A DNA stretch of 10,470 nt from Tubiluchus corallicola (taxonomy: Eukaryota; Animalia; Priapulida): the NCBI GenBank assembly GCA_030141605.1, contig JAQGDQ010002187.1, positions 1 to 10,470 on the forward strand. Reading direction: 5' to 3'. Shown here one piece after another: positions 9,474-10,470 of this stretch (the stretch's first letter is position 1; each line of letters begins with the position of its first letter). The notes under the pieces are model-generated. The model worked only from the letters and a program-made list of their open reading frames with translations, did not search any database and was not told where the DNA came from. A program made the translations under genes and the position numbers.

Positions 9474-10016
9474 CTCAATGAGTCTAAAACGTATTGTATA
9501 TATTTTATTACATGATTTTATTATATTTTATTAAAAATAAACACATGTATTTCGGTCACGTGCTTTCTAATGATCTTTCTGATGATTTAGACGTAAATAA
9601 TCTGTGTGAGTACCAGCGCCACCTAGTTAACGTTTGCGAAATCTTTCTAGTTTCAACCTTTTTTAACTTTGTTATTCATTACAACCAACCAGATATCAGA
9701 AGAAAACTTAAGGTGCAGTCACATGAGTTCACATGTTTTTACCTGTTCACACTCATCATACTGCTGGCGTAGTTCTAGTGAATTCTCTAAAAATTGTAAA
9801 AAAATGTTCTATCTTTTTATGAATTAATAACGATAGGCTCATTCAATTACAGCGTTTTAAAAATCAAATATTTGATTTGTTACTCGTTACCTAACCTAAC
9901 CTGCTATTTGGCGTTTTTAAATACCTCTAATCTCATTTGTCTGTATTATTATCATCAATTGTTTTTATAACCGAATATTGTTTTTAACTTTGAGCCATTT
10001 TGTATGTATTTTTCAG

Positions 10017-10049
10017 TCTGCACCATGCATGTGCTGGCGCCATCTCGTG
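10017..10049 (+). other. Candidate 33-nt exon, copy 2
   Basis: TATTTTTCAG | TCTGCACCATGCATGTGCTGGCGCCATCTCGTG | GTGAGT, identical to copy 1. Confidence 0.3.
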
Positions 10050-10354
10050 GTGAGTCTCGAAAGCTCACGCTGCTACTCTCCTCGGGACTGATTTGTACAA
10101 TTTGCAAACCGTAGCTGTTTTACGTATATAGTTGTAAAGCTTTGTGATGCAACTCAGACAAATAAAAAACTATTGAATTGAATTACCACCATGTTCTCTA
10201 GTAACCTTATTCATATTATTATGTATATAGTTGTAATGCTTTGTGATGCAATTCAGACAAATAAAAAACTATTGAATTGAATTGAATTGAATTACCACCA
10301 TGTTCTCTAGTAACCTTATTAATATTTTTATGTATATAGTTGTAAAGTTTTGTG

Positions 10355-10408
<54 letters not shown>

Positions 10409-10470
10409 GTAGTAATAATAATAATAATAATAATAACAATAATAATAATAATAATAATAATATTAATAAT
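10355..10470. repeat. (AAT)n microsatellite with an AGTAGT interruption, continuing past the window end
   Basis: Directly visible. Confidence 0.99.

Larger units (their letters stand above)
9795..10470 (+). repeat. Composite repeat module, copy 2 (runs off the window end)
   Basis: Colinear with 5780-6470. Subrepeat starts at 10131, 10230 and 10339 show the same 99/109 spacing. Confidence 0.93.

Overview
AT-rich, repeat-dominated eukaryotic (metazoan, possibly arthropod) DNA that looks non-coding. I recognise no protein-coding gene, RNA gene, transposase or CRISPR system. Nearly all ORFs in the track are translations of tandem repeats. Main contents: a 42-bp minisatellite of exactly 112 units (939-5642) with an internal hairpin/palindrome; a ~690-bp composite module present twice (5780-6470 and 9795-window end), with a third partial copy of its ~99-bp subrepeat at the window start; 56-bp (x3.2) and 37-bp (x19) minisatellites; (AAT)n tracts; and a ~385-bp (CT)n tract bracketed by 93-bp direct repeats. 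The best leads are a 33-nt exon-like segment with canonical splice signals that is identical in both module copies, four co-oriented CTCF-like motifs, and symmetric variation of the 42-mer's central palindrome. These are hypotheses, and none amounts to a demonstrated new system.
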